From Naegleria gruberi (taxonomy: Eukaryota): DNA of 64,000 nt. The stretch lies in assembly GCA_000004985.1 (NCBI GenBank), contig GG738868.1. One strand, written 5' to 3'. The notes below the pieces were generated by a model. That model did not search any database and was not told the origin of the DNA. It was given only the letters and a program-made list of their open reading frames with translations. Positions 46,787 to 59,217 of this stretch are shown here, in pieces. Position numbers and translations under genes: made by a program. Within the stretch, counting starts at the first letter, position 1. Each line of letters opens with the position of its first letter.

Positions 46787-47680
46787 TTATGTGAGATCGA
46801 TAGTCTTGATCTTATCCTTGATCTGGAGGAAAAGATTGGTCTTCCATGTATCTAATTTTTGGATCTTGTCGAAATCTCTTAAAGTAATAGTATATGTCTT
46901 TACATTCTTCTCTTCACAGGCATCTGCAAGTTTTTCAATTAATTTACATTCGAGAGAATCACCAAAGTGAACGTCCATGTCCTTGTATTCGGAAATCTTA
47001 TTTCTAACTTCATTAATATCCTCTGGTTCACATTCTTCCAACTTGGCCATGATACAAATCAATGCCTTGAATAAATATTCCTTTGCTCCCCATTTCAATA
47101 ATCTGTCATCAACAGCTGCTGAAGCAGCCTTTTCAAAATGTTCAATAGCCTCATCAAACTTTCCCATAACAGCTTGTAAGTGAGCCAATTTTACAATACA
47201 TTGATTAGCACTACTCTTTTGATCTTCGGAAAGGAAATAATCAGCAGCAGAAGAATAGTGATTACAAGCATTTTCATAATCTTCGGCTTCTTCTAATACT
47301 TCAGCCATTTCCTTTTCATATTTTGCAACTGTGGCAAATTTACCAGCTTCGGTAAATAAACCTATTGCTTCATTAATACATTCGGTTGTTTCTTGTTTGA
47401 GTCCGGCTTGTTTATAACAATTTGATGCATCAATAGCAACGGTGGCAGCTTCATATTTACTACTCATCTTGAGCAAAAGAGGAACCATCTTTCTGAAAGT
47501 ATCTCCGGCCTCCTTCCAAGCTTTAGCAACCTTGAATTTATTAGCAGCAGTTCTATAGGCTTCACAGGCATCATCATTTCTGCTACCCAGATAAATGAAT
47601 TTGGTCAAAATACTGTCTCCCTTCTTGCAAAGCTCCATTGCTTGAGCGACGTTTGCTTCCTTCAATGAACCACTACTCAT
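46787..47680 (-). CDS. Alpha/beta-SNAP (soluble NSF attachment protein).
   Basis: ATG at 47680. The protein aligns over its full length to alpha-SNAP, for example 'SSANQCIVKLAHLQAVMGKFDEAIEHFEKAA' and 'ECKLIEKLADACEEKNVKTYT'. Confidence 0.85.
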   Translation of the reverse strand: MSSGSLKEANVAQAMELCKKGDSILTKFIYLGSRNDDACEAYRTAANKFKVAKAWKEAGDTFRKMVPLLLKMSSKYEAATVAIDASNCYKQAGLKQETTECINEAIGLFTEAGKFATVAKYEKEMAEVLEEAEDYENACNHYSSAADYFLSEDQKSSANQCIVKLAHLQAVMGKFDEAIEHFEKAASAAVDDRLLKWGAKEYLFKALICIMAKLEECEPEDINEVRNKISEYKDMDVHFGDSLECKLIEKLADACEEKNVKTYTITLRDFDKIQKLDTWKTNLFLQIKDKIKTIDLT

Positions 47681-48034
47681 TTTTTATATTATTAATTTAT
47701 AATAAAAACAAAACGGATAAAATTATTAGATGAGGTCATTTGGTATTCGTTGGAAAGCGGATGATGAAGTAATTACATCAGCAACACAATTTTTTGAAAT
47801 TGAAGATAGTCTTTTACTCTGCTTCAATACTGATAGTTTGTTGTTTGAATTTTCCGCCAATTAATATCGTTACATTTTATGAATAAAAATCATCTAAAAA
47901 AAATATTCAACCTCGTTTGCTTCTCTCTTCTTTCATATTAAGATTCTGAATCACAATCTTATTAGTTGCAGCGACGGTCCTTCATCATCATCATCAACAT
48001 TATTAATTTGCTATTGGATTTCAAATAATTAAGG

Positions 48035-48946
48035 ATGAATGGAATTTCCAACATCTTTGATGCTTCAGAGATGTGGACTGACGACGACTTGAATCTCTTC
48101 CTTAATTTACAAACACCCATTCACAAGAAGAAGGATGATCTTTTATTTCCTCACGATGATTTAGAAGGTACAGGTCTCTCCGATTTATCGATTTCTCCTT
48201 TAATTCCAATAAGAGGAGTAGCAAAACCATCCTGTCCTTCATCAACTTTAAATGCTCCTTCCGTTTCTAATTCCTCGAATATGAGTCTCAAACCATTTCC
48301 AACCAAAGAAGTAACAAATTCCACTACCAATTGTAAAATTAATAAGAATGAAACAAATGTGTGTCAACCACCAATGAATACAACTCGACCACAGGAAATT
48401 ATTTCAAAACCAAGCTCACAAACAAGTGCCACCACCAAACAAAATGATGAGAATATCAAACCTAACAAGTCAATGAACAACAAGCCAGTACCTCCCCCAA
48501 CTACACAAAACGAAACGAAAGCAATCAAACAATTGAGAGTTAATGAGCCTCAGGCCACTAAGAAACCAACCTCCCCACCAAAGAAACCTAAACATCCAAA
48601 GCAGAAGAATATCACAACTTCAACCACACAACCACCACCAAAAATCAATAAGCCAAAAAAGCAAATACTTCCCTCACCAATACCACTTCTAACCAAGAAT
48701 CAAAGTGTTCCTAATCTACCACCTAAACCCTCCATTTCAATTACACCTCCACAAATCCAACCAATTCCGATTATAAAACAGGAAGAAACAAAACAAGATC
48801 CAAATCAACCACCTCCTCTACCAAATCTTCCTCCTCAACAATTAATTCTAAAGCTATTTGAAGAAAAGCAAAAACGTTTCTTCAACAGTTTTGAGGACGA
48901 TTCTCTTTTATTAATTGATTTCATTTCCAATTATTCAGTTTTGTAA
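48035..48946 (+). CDS. Pro/Thr/Lys-rich low-complexity hypothetical protein.
   Basis: ATG at 48035. It is a 303-codon ORF with no recognised domain. Confidence 0.4.
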   Translation: MNGISNIFDASEMWTDDDLNLFLNLQTPIHKKKDDLLFPHDDLEGTGLSDLSISPLIPIRGVAKPSCPSSTLNAPSVSNSSNMSLKPFPTKEVTNSTTNCKINKNETNVCQPPMNTTRPQEIISKPSSQTSATTKQNDENIKPNKSMNNKPVPPPTTQNETKAIKQLRVNEPQATKKPTSPPKKPKHPKQKNITTSTTQPPPKINKPKKQILPSPIPLLTKNQSVPNLPPKPSISITPPQIQPIPIIKQEETKQDPNQPPPLPNLPPQQLILKLFEEKQKRFFNSFEDDSLLLIDFISNYSVL

Positions 48947-49073
48947 AATAAAATCTCCCGCCAAATCGTTACTGAAAAAAACAAATCCAAAAAAAATTCC
49001 TCAATAACTCTCTCCCTGTAAATTATATCATCATCAAAATCTATTATTCCAACTCATCACCTTCTAAAATACA

Positions 49074-49922
49074 ATGAAGCGAACAACAGGACTTACAAGG
49101 GGGCAATCAACAGGTGAATTAGTAAACAAACAAATGGTTAATAAGGAATTGGAAACTTTGATGAGCAATACGGCAGCAGCAAAGAAAGAGAACGCTGCTC
49201 AAGCACTCTTGGAAACGAAAAGAAAAGCCACATTGAAGGAATCAACAGATAAGAAAAAGCTTGCACTCCACTATCCCAAATACAAAAAGCAAGGCTTTAC
49301 TCATACAGATTTGAGAACAAACGAAGAGTTTGCAATGCAGCAACAACAGCAACAGCAACAACAAATGCCAGAAAATCTAGAGGAAGATGCTGAAATAACA
49401 GAAGAGGAAGAAGAAGTAATTGAGGATGTTGATGAGACTAGAGATTTTAACATTGATGAAACACTTCCTGAAGCTCTTATTATTTCAAAGAAGGAAGTTG
49501 AAGAAGCATTCAGATTCCTTGATGTCAGACAAAGAAAAAAACTCACTCCAAAAGATTTGAAAATGCGATTGAAATCCTTCTATCCAAATATGACAAACAA
49601 GGAGTACAAATTCCTCATTTCTGAACCAGAGTTTACCATGCAAACACTTCAACAAATTTTAAATATCGACACAAGAAATTCAATTTATGGATCCAATTTT
49701 TATAGAAGTTATGATCCTGTCAAGGAAGCTTTTAAAGTTTTTGATCCAAAAGATTCTGGATTTATTGATGAAAAACATTTGAAAGAAATTATGGAACAAT
49801 TAGGTTTGGGTCCAATTACTTTCGAAGATATGAAGGTACTGATCGAAATTGCAGATAAGGATGGAGATGGAAAAATTTCATTGGAAGATTTTAGAGATAT
49901 GACCAATTTGCCAGACAATTAA
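49074..49922 (+). CDS. EF-hand calcium-binding protein with a charged N-terminal coiled region and paired C-terminal EF-hands.
   Basis: ATG at 49074. One EF-hand reads 'FKVFDPKDSGFIDEKHLKEIMEQLG' and the other 'IADKDGDGKISLEDFRDM'. A (CAG/CAA)n tract lies at ~49337..49364. Confidence 0.7.
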   Translation: MKRTTGLTRGQSTGELVNKQMVNKELETLMSNTAAAKKENAAQALLETKRKATLKESTDKKKLALHYPKYKKQGFTHTDLRTNEEFAMQQQQQQQQQMPENLEEDAEITEEEEEVIEDVDETRDFNIDETLPEALIISKKEVEEAFRFLDVRQRKKLTPKDLKMRLKSFYPNMTNKEYKFLISEPEFTMQTLQQILNIDTRNSIYGSNFYRSYDPVKEAFKVFDPKDSGFIDEKHLKEIMEQLGLGPITFEDMKVLIEIADKDGDGKISLEDFRDMTNLPDN

Positions 49923-49923
49923 A

Positions 49924-50721
49924 TTATTTTACGAGATTTTCCTTAGCAAATCCAAGAAGATATCCTGAATATAAGCTATGGAATGGTGTAAATGCTCTCG
50001 TTATCAAATCTGTCTCTAAAACAGCACTTCCAAAATGTACTTCATTCTTGTTTTTTTCATTTTGTCCAACAGCAAACCACGTCAGGGTTTTCAAATCTGA
50101 TTCAAGTAAAATTTCCTCTTCATTTCTCTCAATAACCTGAAATATTCCAACTCTATCACCTACATTGAATTTCATTTTCATAATTTCCTCCTTTGATAAA
50201 TTATTCTTATTCGGAGCAACCAAAGATAACAGAACTCTCTCAGGTGTAAATGCTTTGGATGTGAAAAATGATTTGGCAAAATCATTAACATTTGTTCTAT
50301 AATTCTCTCGTTCAATAATTGAATAATAATGGTCAAAGTGAGATGTCTCGTTGGCATTCTTTTGTTTATAATTATTCATGAGTGATGTTTTTACAAATTT
50401 AATATTTTCCAATTTTTCATGTTCCGATACAGTGTTGTTAGATGACAATGATGGTTCATCACCACTAACCATTTTAACTTGAAACCTCTGATGAATATAA
50501 TAACAATGGAGAGAGTAGAGCGAGAAAATTCCTCCACCCAACAACATCGGTTTTCCCCAGTTATTCCAAAAGGACATTTTTTCTAAATTTTGAATTGGAT
50601 GACAATTTGAAAATAAACTTACAAATACCACAAGAAATTGTATCAAAGAAGGTTTACTTTTTTTACTTTTACATCCTTTCTGGTCTGAGTCAAAGCTGGA
50701 ATATCTATCTGTAACCATCAT
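49924..50721 (-). CDS. Hypothetical protein with one predicted TM helix.
   Basis: ATG at 50721 and a second at 50718. A clean 265-codon ORF with no recognised domain. Confidence 0.4.
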   Translation of the reverse strand: MMVTDRYSSFDSDQKGCKSKKSKPSLIQFLVVFVSLFSNCHPIQNLEKMSFWNNWGKPMLLGGGIFSLYSLHCYYIHQRFQVKMVSGDEPSLSSNNTVSEHEKLENIKFVKTSLMNNYKQKNANETSHFDHYYSIIERENYRTNVNDFAKSFFTSKAFTPERVLLSLVAPNKNNLSKEEIMKMKFNVGDRVGIFQVIERNEEEILLESDLKTLTWFAVGQNEKNKNEVHFGSAVLETDLITRAFTPFHSLYSGYLLGFAKENLVK

Positions 50722-50734
50722 ATTTCGTTCTATT

Positions 50735-52440
50735 TCATTCTCTATTATTCACAATACTCAATATTTTCCCTGCTAATTCAGTCATATTTGAAGAAGTTGA
50801 GGACATTATTCCTTCAATAGTTCCAATGACTCCATAATCTTTGATGGATTGGATTACTGTTTCCTTGAAACATGAATTCAAAAGTTCCACAAGTCCTTTC
50901 AAACACATAGGAATATATAAATTATCAGTAATCATTCCTTGATGGAATACTTCAACAACACCTCTATCGAGTAAATATTGTACAACTGTCCCATTTGGCA
51001 AACTACAAATATTTCTCAAGACCCAAAAGGCCTCTTTTTTTACTGGGACAGGTGATTCGCTGTTATTGAGAATGTCAAAAGCTTGCTGAACTAATCCTGC
51101 ATCAATTGCCTTTTGCACTTGTGAAACAGTACCAGCAGCAATACTAGATAATATCCAAACAGCTTCCTTTCTCAATACCTGGTTAGAATGGTTGAGTAGT
51201 TGGGGTAGTGCCTCTAATAGACCTGATTCTATCACATTACTTATACTAGTAATGTAATTTCCAGATCTAATTGAATTTCCAAGAATACAAAGAGCAGGAC
51301 TGCATTAAGTTTAAATAAATGAATTCTCTTGTATACTTACATTTGCACAGTATAATTGCTACCGAGAAGGAGGAATGAAACCACTCTTTTGGTAACACCA
51401 GAATTTATGAACAATTCGTAAGCTGAGTCATACTGAGGTCTATCAAGTGTATGGGAGAGAGCCCAACAGGCATCAGTAAGAACTTGTTCGTCAGTCTGGT
51501 TCTGGATTAGGTCAATCAAAATTGGAAATACATCTTTGACATATTCTATTGATACACTTGGTTGACCTCCCATCATATTTGCCAATACCCATGTTGCTTA
51601 ATAAATGAATAAACGAATTATTGTCAATCATCATATTAACCTACCATTTCTTAAGAAACTTAATCGCTGGTTTGTTGGATTGTTGGTTTTAAAAAATGGT
51701 AATATTATTGATAGAGTTCCATGACTCAATACCAAATCTCTGGAACCTGCACTATCAGCACTAATATTTCCTAATGCCCAAACGCATTGGTCCACTAAAT
51801 CCGCACAACTTTCATTACATTCTATGAGTTTAAGGATTTTTTCAATACATCCCAATGAAATTACATGTTGAGTGTCTTCGGGTGATCCACTTAAAACATT
51901 GGTCAATGCCCATACAGCTTCGAATTGTAATAGATTCAAGCTGAATCTAGTAATAGTTTCAAGTTTCTGATTCACATTCGTCGTCATGTATTCCGAAATG
52001 TTAAAATATTTGACAACCTCCTGTTCGTCAATGAGTTTAGCTAGCATGGTGGTTATTCCAGCATCAATCACCTTTGTAATCAGTTGATTAGATATATTTG
52101 ACAAAATTCTCCTCACTGTAGTAGCATATTCAAATATAGTGCTAAACTTATTACCATCCAAATCAAGATAATAGCAAAAAATTCCTAAATTTCGCTCCGA
52201 GAGAGGTATATCTTTCCTGGTGAGTTCTCTAGAATTACAAAATCTAGCTCTTGATTTATACAATAAATTATTTCTAACTTTTTGTTTTTGTAACCAAATT
52301 TCCTTTCTGTATGTTAATTTTAGTTTTGTTTTAAGATGAATTGATTGATGATCTGTATTGGGGTTGTCTGTTAGAATTGCTTCCGATGTTGGTGTCTCAT
52401 TTTTTTTGTAAACAAGTTGTTTGTTTCGAAATGTTGCTTG
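50735..52440 (-). CDS. Importin-alpha-like armadillo-repeat protein. At least four exons: an IBB-like exon at ~52264..52440, then 51631..~52263, ~51339..~51585 and 50735..~51290. The 5' end and start codon are unresolved.
   Basis: The IBB-like stretch is 'ATFRNKQ...TYRKEIWLQKQKVRNNLLYKSR'. ARM repeats include 'EAVWALTNVLSGSPEDTQHVI', 'ACWALSHTLD' and 'PALCILGNSIRSGNYITSISNVIESGLLEALPQLLNHSNQVLRKEAVWILSSIAAG'. Splices: 'SFLRN-G|A-TWVLAN' and 'NYTVQ-I|PALCILGN'. Confidence 0.65.
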
Positions 52441-52477
52441 ATTAGTTTCAACTAACCAGAGGAAATAATCATTTTAT

Positions 52478-53577
52478 TTACACCATACCACTTGCATTCA
52501 GGATTGATTGTTTACTTGAGAGAGATGCTTCCTCTTCCTTAGAAGATTCACCTCCCATTTTACCTGAAATATCTTTAATACTAAACAAAATGTGAGGTGG
52601 TATGTCTAGATTAATTTGCTCAAATGCAAAGTCCATATCCTGTGCAACACGGTTGAAAGCAGGAAACACAGACGACACCAGAGGGCTTCTAGCATTCACA
52701 GCAGTAGTAATCTTTCTTCTTTTTAAAGTATCACTGGGCAGTTTGAACCCGTAATGTTTCAACTTGAAGCTCTCCTCTGCTGTTAAGAATTTGGGTTTCT
52801 CCTGATCTGTTGCTCTAAAGTGTTTTGTTCTAAACAATCGTCCAATTTCATTTTCTATTATTGATTGTAACTTTTGATTTGAAAAATCTGCAGTTGTGAC
52901 ATAAGCAGCAACCATATACAATGCCTCAAAAAACATGGTCTCTTTAACTGTATCTCTGAAACGAAGATTATGAGGACTTCTAAATGTGTATTCCTGTAAA
53001 ATTTGAGAATATGCATAACTCAACTCGGTCAAATTATTAATACATTCTCGTTTAGCTTCTACCATAGGTTCATAATGTTCTTCAGTGAGTTTCAACTCGT
53101 ACTTTACTCGATATCTCTCATATTTTAAAATATTGGAAATATAAATAATGCATAAACTCAATAATCTATCGGACATCTCACTTGAAAGAAACTCCAGAAA
53201 CATTTCACAAAACTTGCTGTGATGTTCGAACGCCTTCTTCTTACTGAGAACAAATGTCCATGCTTCCACTGATTATTTCAGTTCAACAATAATGTTTCTA
53301 ATTCCTAATACTTACTCTTAGTTTTTTCCAAATTGAAAACCTTATTCTTTTTCGATTGTGATATCTTTGAATACTTCCCAGAGAGTACACTAGCTGTATA
53401 GGATGTTTGTGAAGCTGTTTCATCATTTGTCTTTCGATCAGAAGTTGCAAAGTCAGCATTCACTGTAGATTCTTGATTCTCTGGCACACTTGCCATTTTG
53501 ATAAGGTTTGATCTGTGCCTCATCGACATGGATTTAGATAAATGCGATAGAGATTCAGAAGCTGCAGTTCTTTTCAA
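52478..53577 (-). CDS. Hypothetical protein with two exons joined at ~53270/53305. The 5' extent is uncertain.
   Basis: The donor 'AAG A|gtaagtatt' and acceptor 'aataatcag|TG GAA' create an ATG across the junction ('...NLEKTK-M-EAWTFVL...'). I recognise no domain. Confidence 0.45.
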
Positions 53578-54026
53578 TTTACTAGAAGTGTTGTTGAGGT
53601 GAGAGTTGGAGAGGGCGTAATGCTATTACTGTTTTTCACTACTGGAGGAAGAGTTGTGGCTCCTCTCCCTGAATTTGCTGCTGAAGTCTCTTGTAGAATA
53701 TCCATAAATTCCGACATTTTCCATTCAATTTATTTTGATAAAATCTGATGACACAGAAGATGAATATTAAGGCTTGAAGAGAAATAAACTGTAAAGCGTG
53801 TTACGGCAGTTTTTTTTTAAAATGATGTCTCTTGAAGTGTAACGCCTACTTTTCTCTTGCACCCAAAGTAAGAATCAGTTTTAGCAGTTGTAGCTTTTAA
53901 TAGAACAATGAAAAAACTACGATTACGAATTAATGTATTTCAAAAAATTAAATTATTTAAAAAATTTGTAAAAAAATATTGAATATATAATAATTTTATT
54001 TTGAAATAAAATAATATATTAATTTA

Positions 54027-54755
54027 TTATTTATCTGCTAACCATTGTTCAATAAGATCCGAGTCCCACTTTGAAGGTTTTGACTTGGTTACAGAATCTC
54101 TCTTCGTCACTCGTTGATAATAATTCTGCAAATTATCAAAGCCCTTTATATCAAATCCATACCTCATCAAAATTGCAAGTAATGGATAGAAGGCACAATC
54201 AGCCAAACTCAATCTCTTACCACCAACCAATGGCCACAAGTAATCTTTCTGACTCAAGTACTCATTCCAGTGTTTCAATTCATCACGCATCTTCTTCTTC
54301 CACTGTTGAACACGAATCTTAAATTCCTTTGATTTTATAACATCTTGTTGATCCTTGATGAGAGCATCAATAATGTCCTTTGAGAAATTATAGGCATTCA
54401 AAGCTTCATGATACAATGAAAGAACTTCGGCATACTTTCCACGATCATTCTCAAAATCTGGCATGAGAGTATTGAATTGATCGGCATATGTTGTTTCCAA
54501 GTATTGCATAATAGCACCCTCTTCTACAATAATAGCTCCACCATCTTCAAGGACTGGTAATTCTTTCTTTGGATTAATGGTTGGATTGAGAGAGTGTTGA
54601 TTAAATTGATCATTCGATGATGGATCATTAATCACTAAAATATTATCATAGCCAAGATCTTTCTCTTCGAGTTGAAGTCTACATCTCCATCCAACAGCGT
54701 GAAGTGAAGGATTAGTTTTGGCCGAAACTATATATCTATAAACTTGAATGACCAT
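54027..54755 (-). CDS. GST-like protein with a thioredoxin-like N-domain and a helical C-domain. It resembles GST-C-domain-containing, FAX or metaxin-like proteins.
   Basis: ATG at 54755. The stretch 'PVLEDGGAIIVEEGAIMQYL' is GST-N-like, and a helical C-terminal region follows. Confidence 0.5.
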   Translation of the reverse strand: MVIQVYRYIVSAKTNPSLHAVGWRCRLQLEEKDLGYDNILVINDPSSNDQFNQHSLNPTINPKKELPVLEDGGAIIVEEGAIMQYLETTYADQFNTLMPDFENDRGKYAEVLSLYHEALNAYNFSKDIIDALIKDQQDVIKSKEFKIRVQQWKKKMRDELKHWNEYLSQKDYLWPLVGGKRLSLADCAFYPLLAILMRYGFDIKGFDNLQNYYQRVTKRDSVTKSKPSKWDSDLIEQWLADK

Positions 54756-55078
54756 TTTTAATTGACTATTAGATGATGATAAATCTCCTCAATTTGTTAT
54801 TTCTACTTGTTAATATTAATATTCAATCGTGTACTCTGTGATTTGTATTACAACAATAACAAAGCAGACTTTTGATTATGTGGAGATGATGTATTTTTTT
54901 ATGATGATTGACAAGTTTCCTTCTCAATATTGAGCGTATCAGCAGCACTGAGAAAAAACCCATCAGGTACAAATTAAACTTTTTATTAATTGTTAATTTT
55001 GTTAGAATTAAAACTATTAAAAGAGAATTCCAATAACTTGATCTTACAAATACAAATTGTTGTTACCAATACATTTAT

Positions 55079-58000
55079 TTAATAAATATCAATATCGGAG
55101 AAGGTTTGTAATTTAAAGGTATTCTTGGAAGCATTAATAATAATCTTGTGATATGGACCTTGGAGTTCACCATCCATTAGAATAGAGAATGGTAAGCTTT
55201 GACTTTCGACAGTTATTGTAGCAACATGATAATTGAGACCAGCATCACCATCTCTCATCTTCTTCTTCTTCTTGCTGCCAGTTTCTTCGGCAAACACTTC
55301 GAGCCATGGTTGACTTGGTGCAACAAATGAACCTCTATCTCCAAATAAGCTGCATGATTGAATAGAAATGGAATTGTAAGTCTTTGTTCCTTCATTGATT
55401 TCAGATGAACGATTTTCTTCTCCTGTAGGATCCATAGGAACATAATTGACATTGAGTGGAATTCCTGTAAATTTGAATTGTTTGTTTTCCAAAATTTCTT
55501 CAATATTGGTGGCTTCAATCTTATTTTCACGTTGATAGGCATGAGCTTCGGCCAAAATACCAATGTCCAAACGTTGACAGAATGATAGAGCAAGTAAACT
55601 CTTTGTTGATTTTTGCCTAGTATTGTTTGAGCTGTCATATGTTAAACAGAGAGTAGGATAAATATGAACAGGATATGAACGATGTCCATCAATAAAGTAG
55701 TCATTCAACAAACTTCTCAAGAATTTGTGTGGAGTTCTAATTTTCTTGTTTGGTTTGTAATCGGCTAGCTTAACCATTTCTCTCTTATTCAATTTCATTT
55801 GAGGAACAAAGAGTGAGGAGCCCCTTGAAGCCAAATATGATCTACCAGATCTCTTATCATCAAATTCATTTCCTATTGTCTTGTTAAAAGATGTCATATG
55901 TGGCAAAATTGGTACCTTACTAAGGAGTGGGTAATGAACATGTCTTGAGAACCAACCGTCATACTTTTCCAACCAACTTGAAAGATAATTGTTAGTACCA
56001 AGTGGTAACAAATAAACTCTAAGCTCTTCGCTTGGTAAATTCTTGATAATACTATTCTTGTAAGCAAGTTCAAGAGATTGAACAAAACGTTGCAAAGTTC
56101 CACTGCCACCAGCAAGAGCAATATCAATTTGGAATGATCCTCCACTTTCAGCAGCTTCTGTACGAGCAGCGGTAATCAAAGTTTTCAAAGTTTCATAATA
56201 ACATGATTTTGGATAAGACTTCTTTTCCAATTGCAAGTTTGTAAGTTCATCTTCTTCTGGCATTTGAATAAACTCAATATCAACATCAGGTAATTTAGGT
56301 GCTTGATTTCTGACAAGCTTGAAAATTTCTCCAGTTGGCTTGAATGATTGAATTTGTTTAGCAATTTGCAAAAGTTTGTTATCATCAGAAGAAGTATCAC
56401 AGACAGCATCATAGAATTCAGAAATAGCACTGGCAGATAAATCTGACAATTCCTTGGTCATCTTTTTAACATCAGAGTTGGCCGATTCTTCATAAATGTT
56501 CAAAACGAGGTTAGCTCTACACTGAACAATTTCATCTTCAGCAAAGTTATTGGTCAAGTCCACACGTTCAATTAAATGATCGGCATAATTTGAGAATCCA
56601 TTGAAAAGAAGAAAAACTTTTCTTCTTTTCATGATACTTTTTCCTTTGCTGTCTGTGACTCTCTTTACACTTCTTTCAAATCTTTCTCTCATTAAAATAC
56701 CAGGTGAATTTTGTTCTTTGAGACACATTGCCAAAGTATTGTGACACAAACCACCAACAGGAAGTGGTTCCAAAAAGAATCTTTGCAGTAAGGTCATTAA
56801 TTCTGGTAATTTCTTACTCTTTCTTGAAATTACTAATTGTGGTAATAAAAGCTTCATAAAATTGAAAACATTCTTCAAAGCAACAGAATCATAACTTTCA
56901 GAGACCATAGACTTATTAGAACATGTTGAAATTACTAATGTCATGAGATCATTGAGAACATTTTCTGTATACTTTGGTAAATGTGAGACAACAGTCTTGA
57001 GTCTTTCGTAAACAATAGCACCAATGCAAATCAATGGATCATGTAAACTCAAAGATGGTCTCAATGAGTAATCACTTTCTTTCACAACATCATAATCGAC
57101 ACATACGTGCATATACTTGTAGAGAGCATCAACGGGTGGACAGAGAGATTCACAAATTTCATCACCAGCAGAATCATTGTGAGTTTGGAAACGTAAATTT
57201 TTCCACAATTGAAGGACAGACATCAGGGAAGCATTTTGGAAATCGAATCTATAGAATGATGAAATAAAAATCAAGGATTGCATAATTGCTGATCTTTCGT
57301 ATAATTGGCTCTTTGAGAAAAGATCACCATCAGCAAAAAGACTAGTGTTGAAAGAGAAGTATTTGTTTTCTTGCAATGAAGAAATAATGTCAGATAATTC
57401 CAAGTCATCATCTGTTAAAACATCAGCACTTATTGTGTTTGCTGTGCTTGTAGAATCTCCTGGTTTAGCCATGTCATAGTAGGCATTAACAAATTCTGAA
57501 ATCCTTTCATCAACTTGAACAACTAAATGTCTATATCAAGATGAATATATTATTATTTGAAAATACTAAACTTACCTATTCTTGACTTCCTTTCTCTTGG
57601 CAAGTAAAGGGTGATGGGCATCATACTTTTGTGATCCCAATTTAAGATAATCAATAACCTCTTGCAGAGAACTTTCCTTATCATCCACATATTTATCATT
57701 TTCAGAGTTTTCGTTCAATTCTTGTTTTAATTTTAATGCCTTCTCTTCCAAGATGAGAAGTTTACCTAAAAGTACAGTCAAGTATACAGTGGCCAAGTTC
57801 GGATTTGTAAGTTGATTCCATAACTTTTCATAGGCCTTTTCATCTACACCACTAGTCTTGTTTTGTTTTCTGTTGAGAGTTTCATTTAACTCGGCAACAA
57901 ATTTCTTAACAATTTCGTGATCATATTGAATTTGATGGGAATCTGTTTCGCTCATTTCTGATGATGATTTTTCGTAGATTAAATCTTCCTCTTCAGGTTG

Positions 58001-58300
58001 TATTAATGGGTACAAGTATTCTAACTCTGTTAATATAAAATCTACTAGATATGAAAGCGATTTTACAGTAGGAGGTGAACAACGTAAAGAATTTGTAAAA
58101 TTAAACGGAAGTAAATAAAGTTTCTTGTTGTTGTTTTCGTAGTCTGGAAATGTTATACACGAAGGTGGTGAACAAAATGATGGTGTTTGGGAAACTGGGT
58201 AGGATAGAGGGTGAAGCAACAGCAACGGCCCTTTACTCTTTTTTTGTGTCTTGTTTGACATGTGAATATAAAGGTGATTGGTCTGATGTTGATGGGTCAA
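55079..58300 (-). CDS. Large conserved-looking hypothetical protein of about 1040 aa. Two exons (~57586..58300 and 55079..~57537) are joined by a ~49-nt intron. The start is probably 'MSNKTQKK'.
   Basis: The donor 'AAG AAT AG|gtaagttt' and acceptor 'tcttgatatag|A CAT TTA' give '...KEVKNR-HLVVQVDERISEFVNAYYDMAKPGDSTS...', which continues into ORF 55079..57472. Confidence 0.5.
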
Positions 58301-58731
58301 TGTGTTGGCTGCTCGGGTGAATTAAATCTTCCAAGCCAAAGCAAAAATGAAATTTAGAGTTTCACAAAATGGTGATGTTTTTAAGGGTTCACTCTTAGAT
58401 GATTCTCCAATTAATCTACAATTAATGTACAATAAAATCCGATATTCTCTATGAATGCTTGTTGCTGTTGATCTTCCAAACCTGTATTGTTGATGATTAA
58501 GGTAGAAGAAGAAGACCCCACAAGTTTACCAGGATGTTGTGTGAGTATTTTTTTAAGCTGATACTTGTGGATTGTTTGAGGCTGGCAACAATAAGGTTTC
58601 GTTGAAATGTTACTGTTGAATTGTTCATTATTGATTACAGGAGTTCATACAAGATATGAATTGTTTGTGTTCCAAGATATTCCAAGATTGTTAGACAATA
58701 AAGAAATGAAAATGTGATGGATTTATTTAAT

Positions 58732-59217
58732 CTACATGTAGTTGAATCTGAAGATGTGGTTGGTCAAGAAAAAGTTACCATTTTCAGAGATTAAGTGGAA
58801 AAATTCACAGAATGGATGTGGGTGTTCGTTATCAATCTGTCAAATTTAAATATTATTAAATATTATATCATTATAAAAATAATTAAATATTATTATTTTC
58901 AAGTTGTGAATTAATGGAAAGGTCAGTGTTAAAAAGCAAAAACAAATAATAATACTTACAACAACGCTACCAGTACACAAAATATTGATACCTCCGGAAA
59001 TACTTGGTTGACAATCGCAAACGCTAATATCGTGTCTAACAGTGGTGAATGGCAATTCAGTTAATTTCTTCAAAATATCAACTCTTCCTTGAATTTTATC
59101 CTTTTCCCATGTGAGCATACTGTTGTCAGTGTACAATGGAGCAATATTTTGTCTATTTTGATCAAAAGTGCTGTAATAGTGCTTCACGAAAGCTTCTCCA
59201 ACTTGAACGAAATCCAT
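58732..59217 (-). CDS. Nuclear transport factor 2 (NTF2). Two exons: ~58960..59217 and ~58732..58836.
   Basis: ATG at 59217. The first exon reads 'MDFVQVGEAFVKHYYSTFDQNRQNIAPLYTDNSMLTWE...'. Exon 2 adds 'IDNEHPHPFCEFFHLISENGNFFLTNHIFRFNYM'. The intron runs 'gtaagtat...tttgacag'. Confidence 0.85.
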
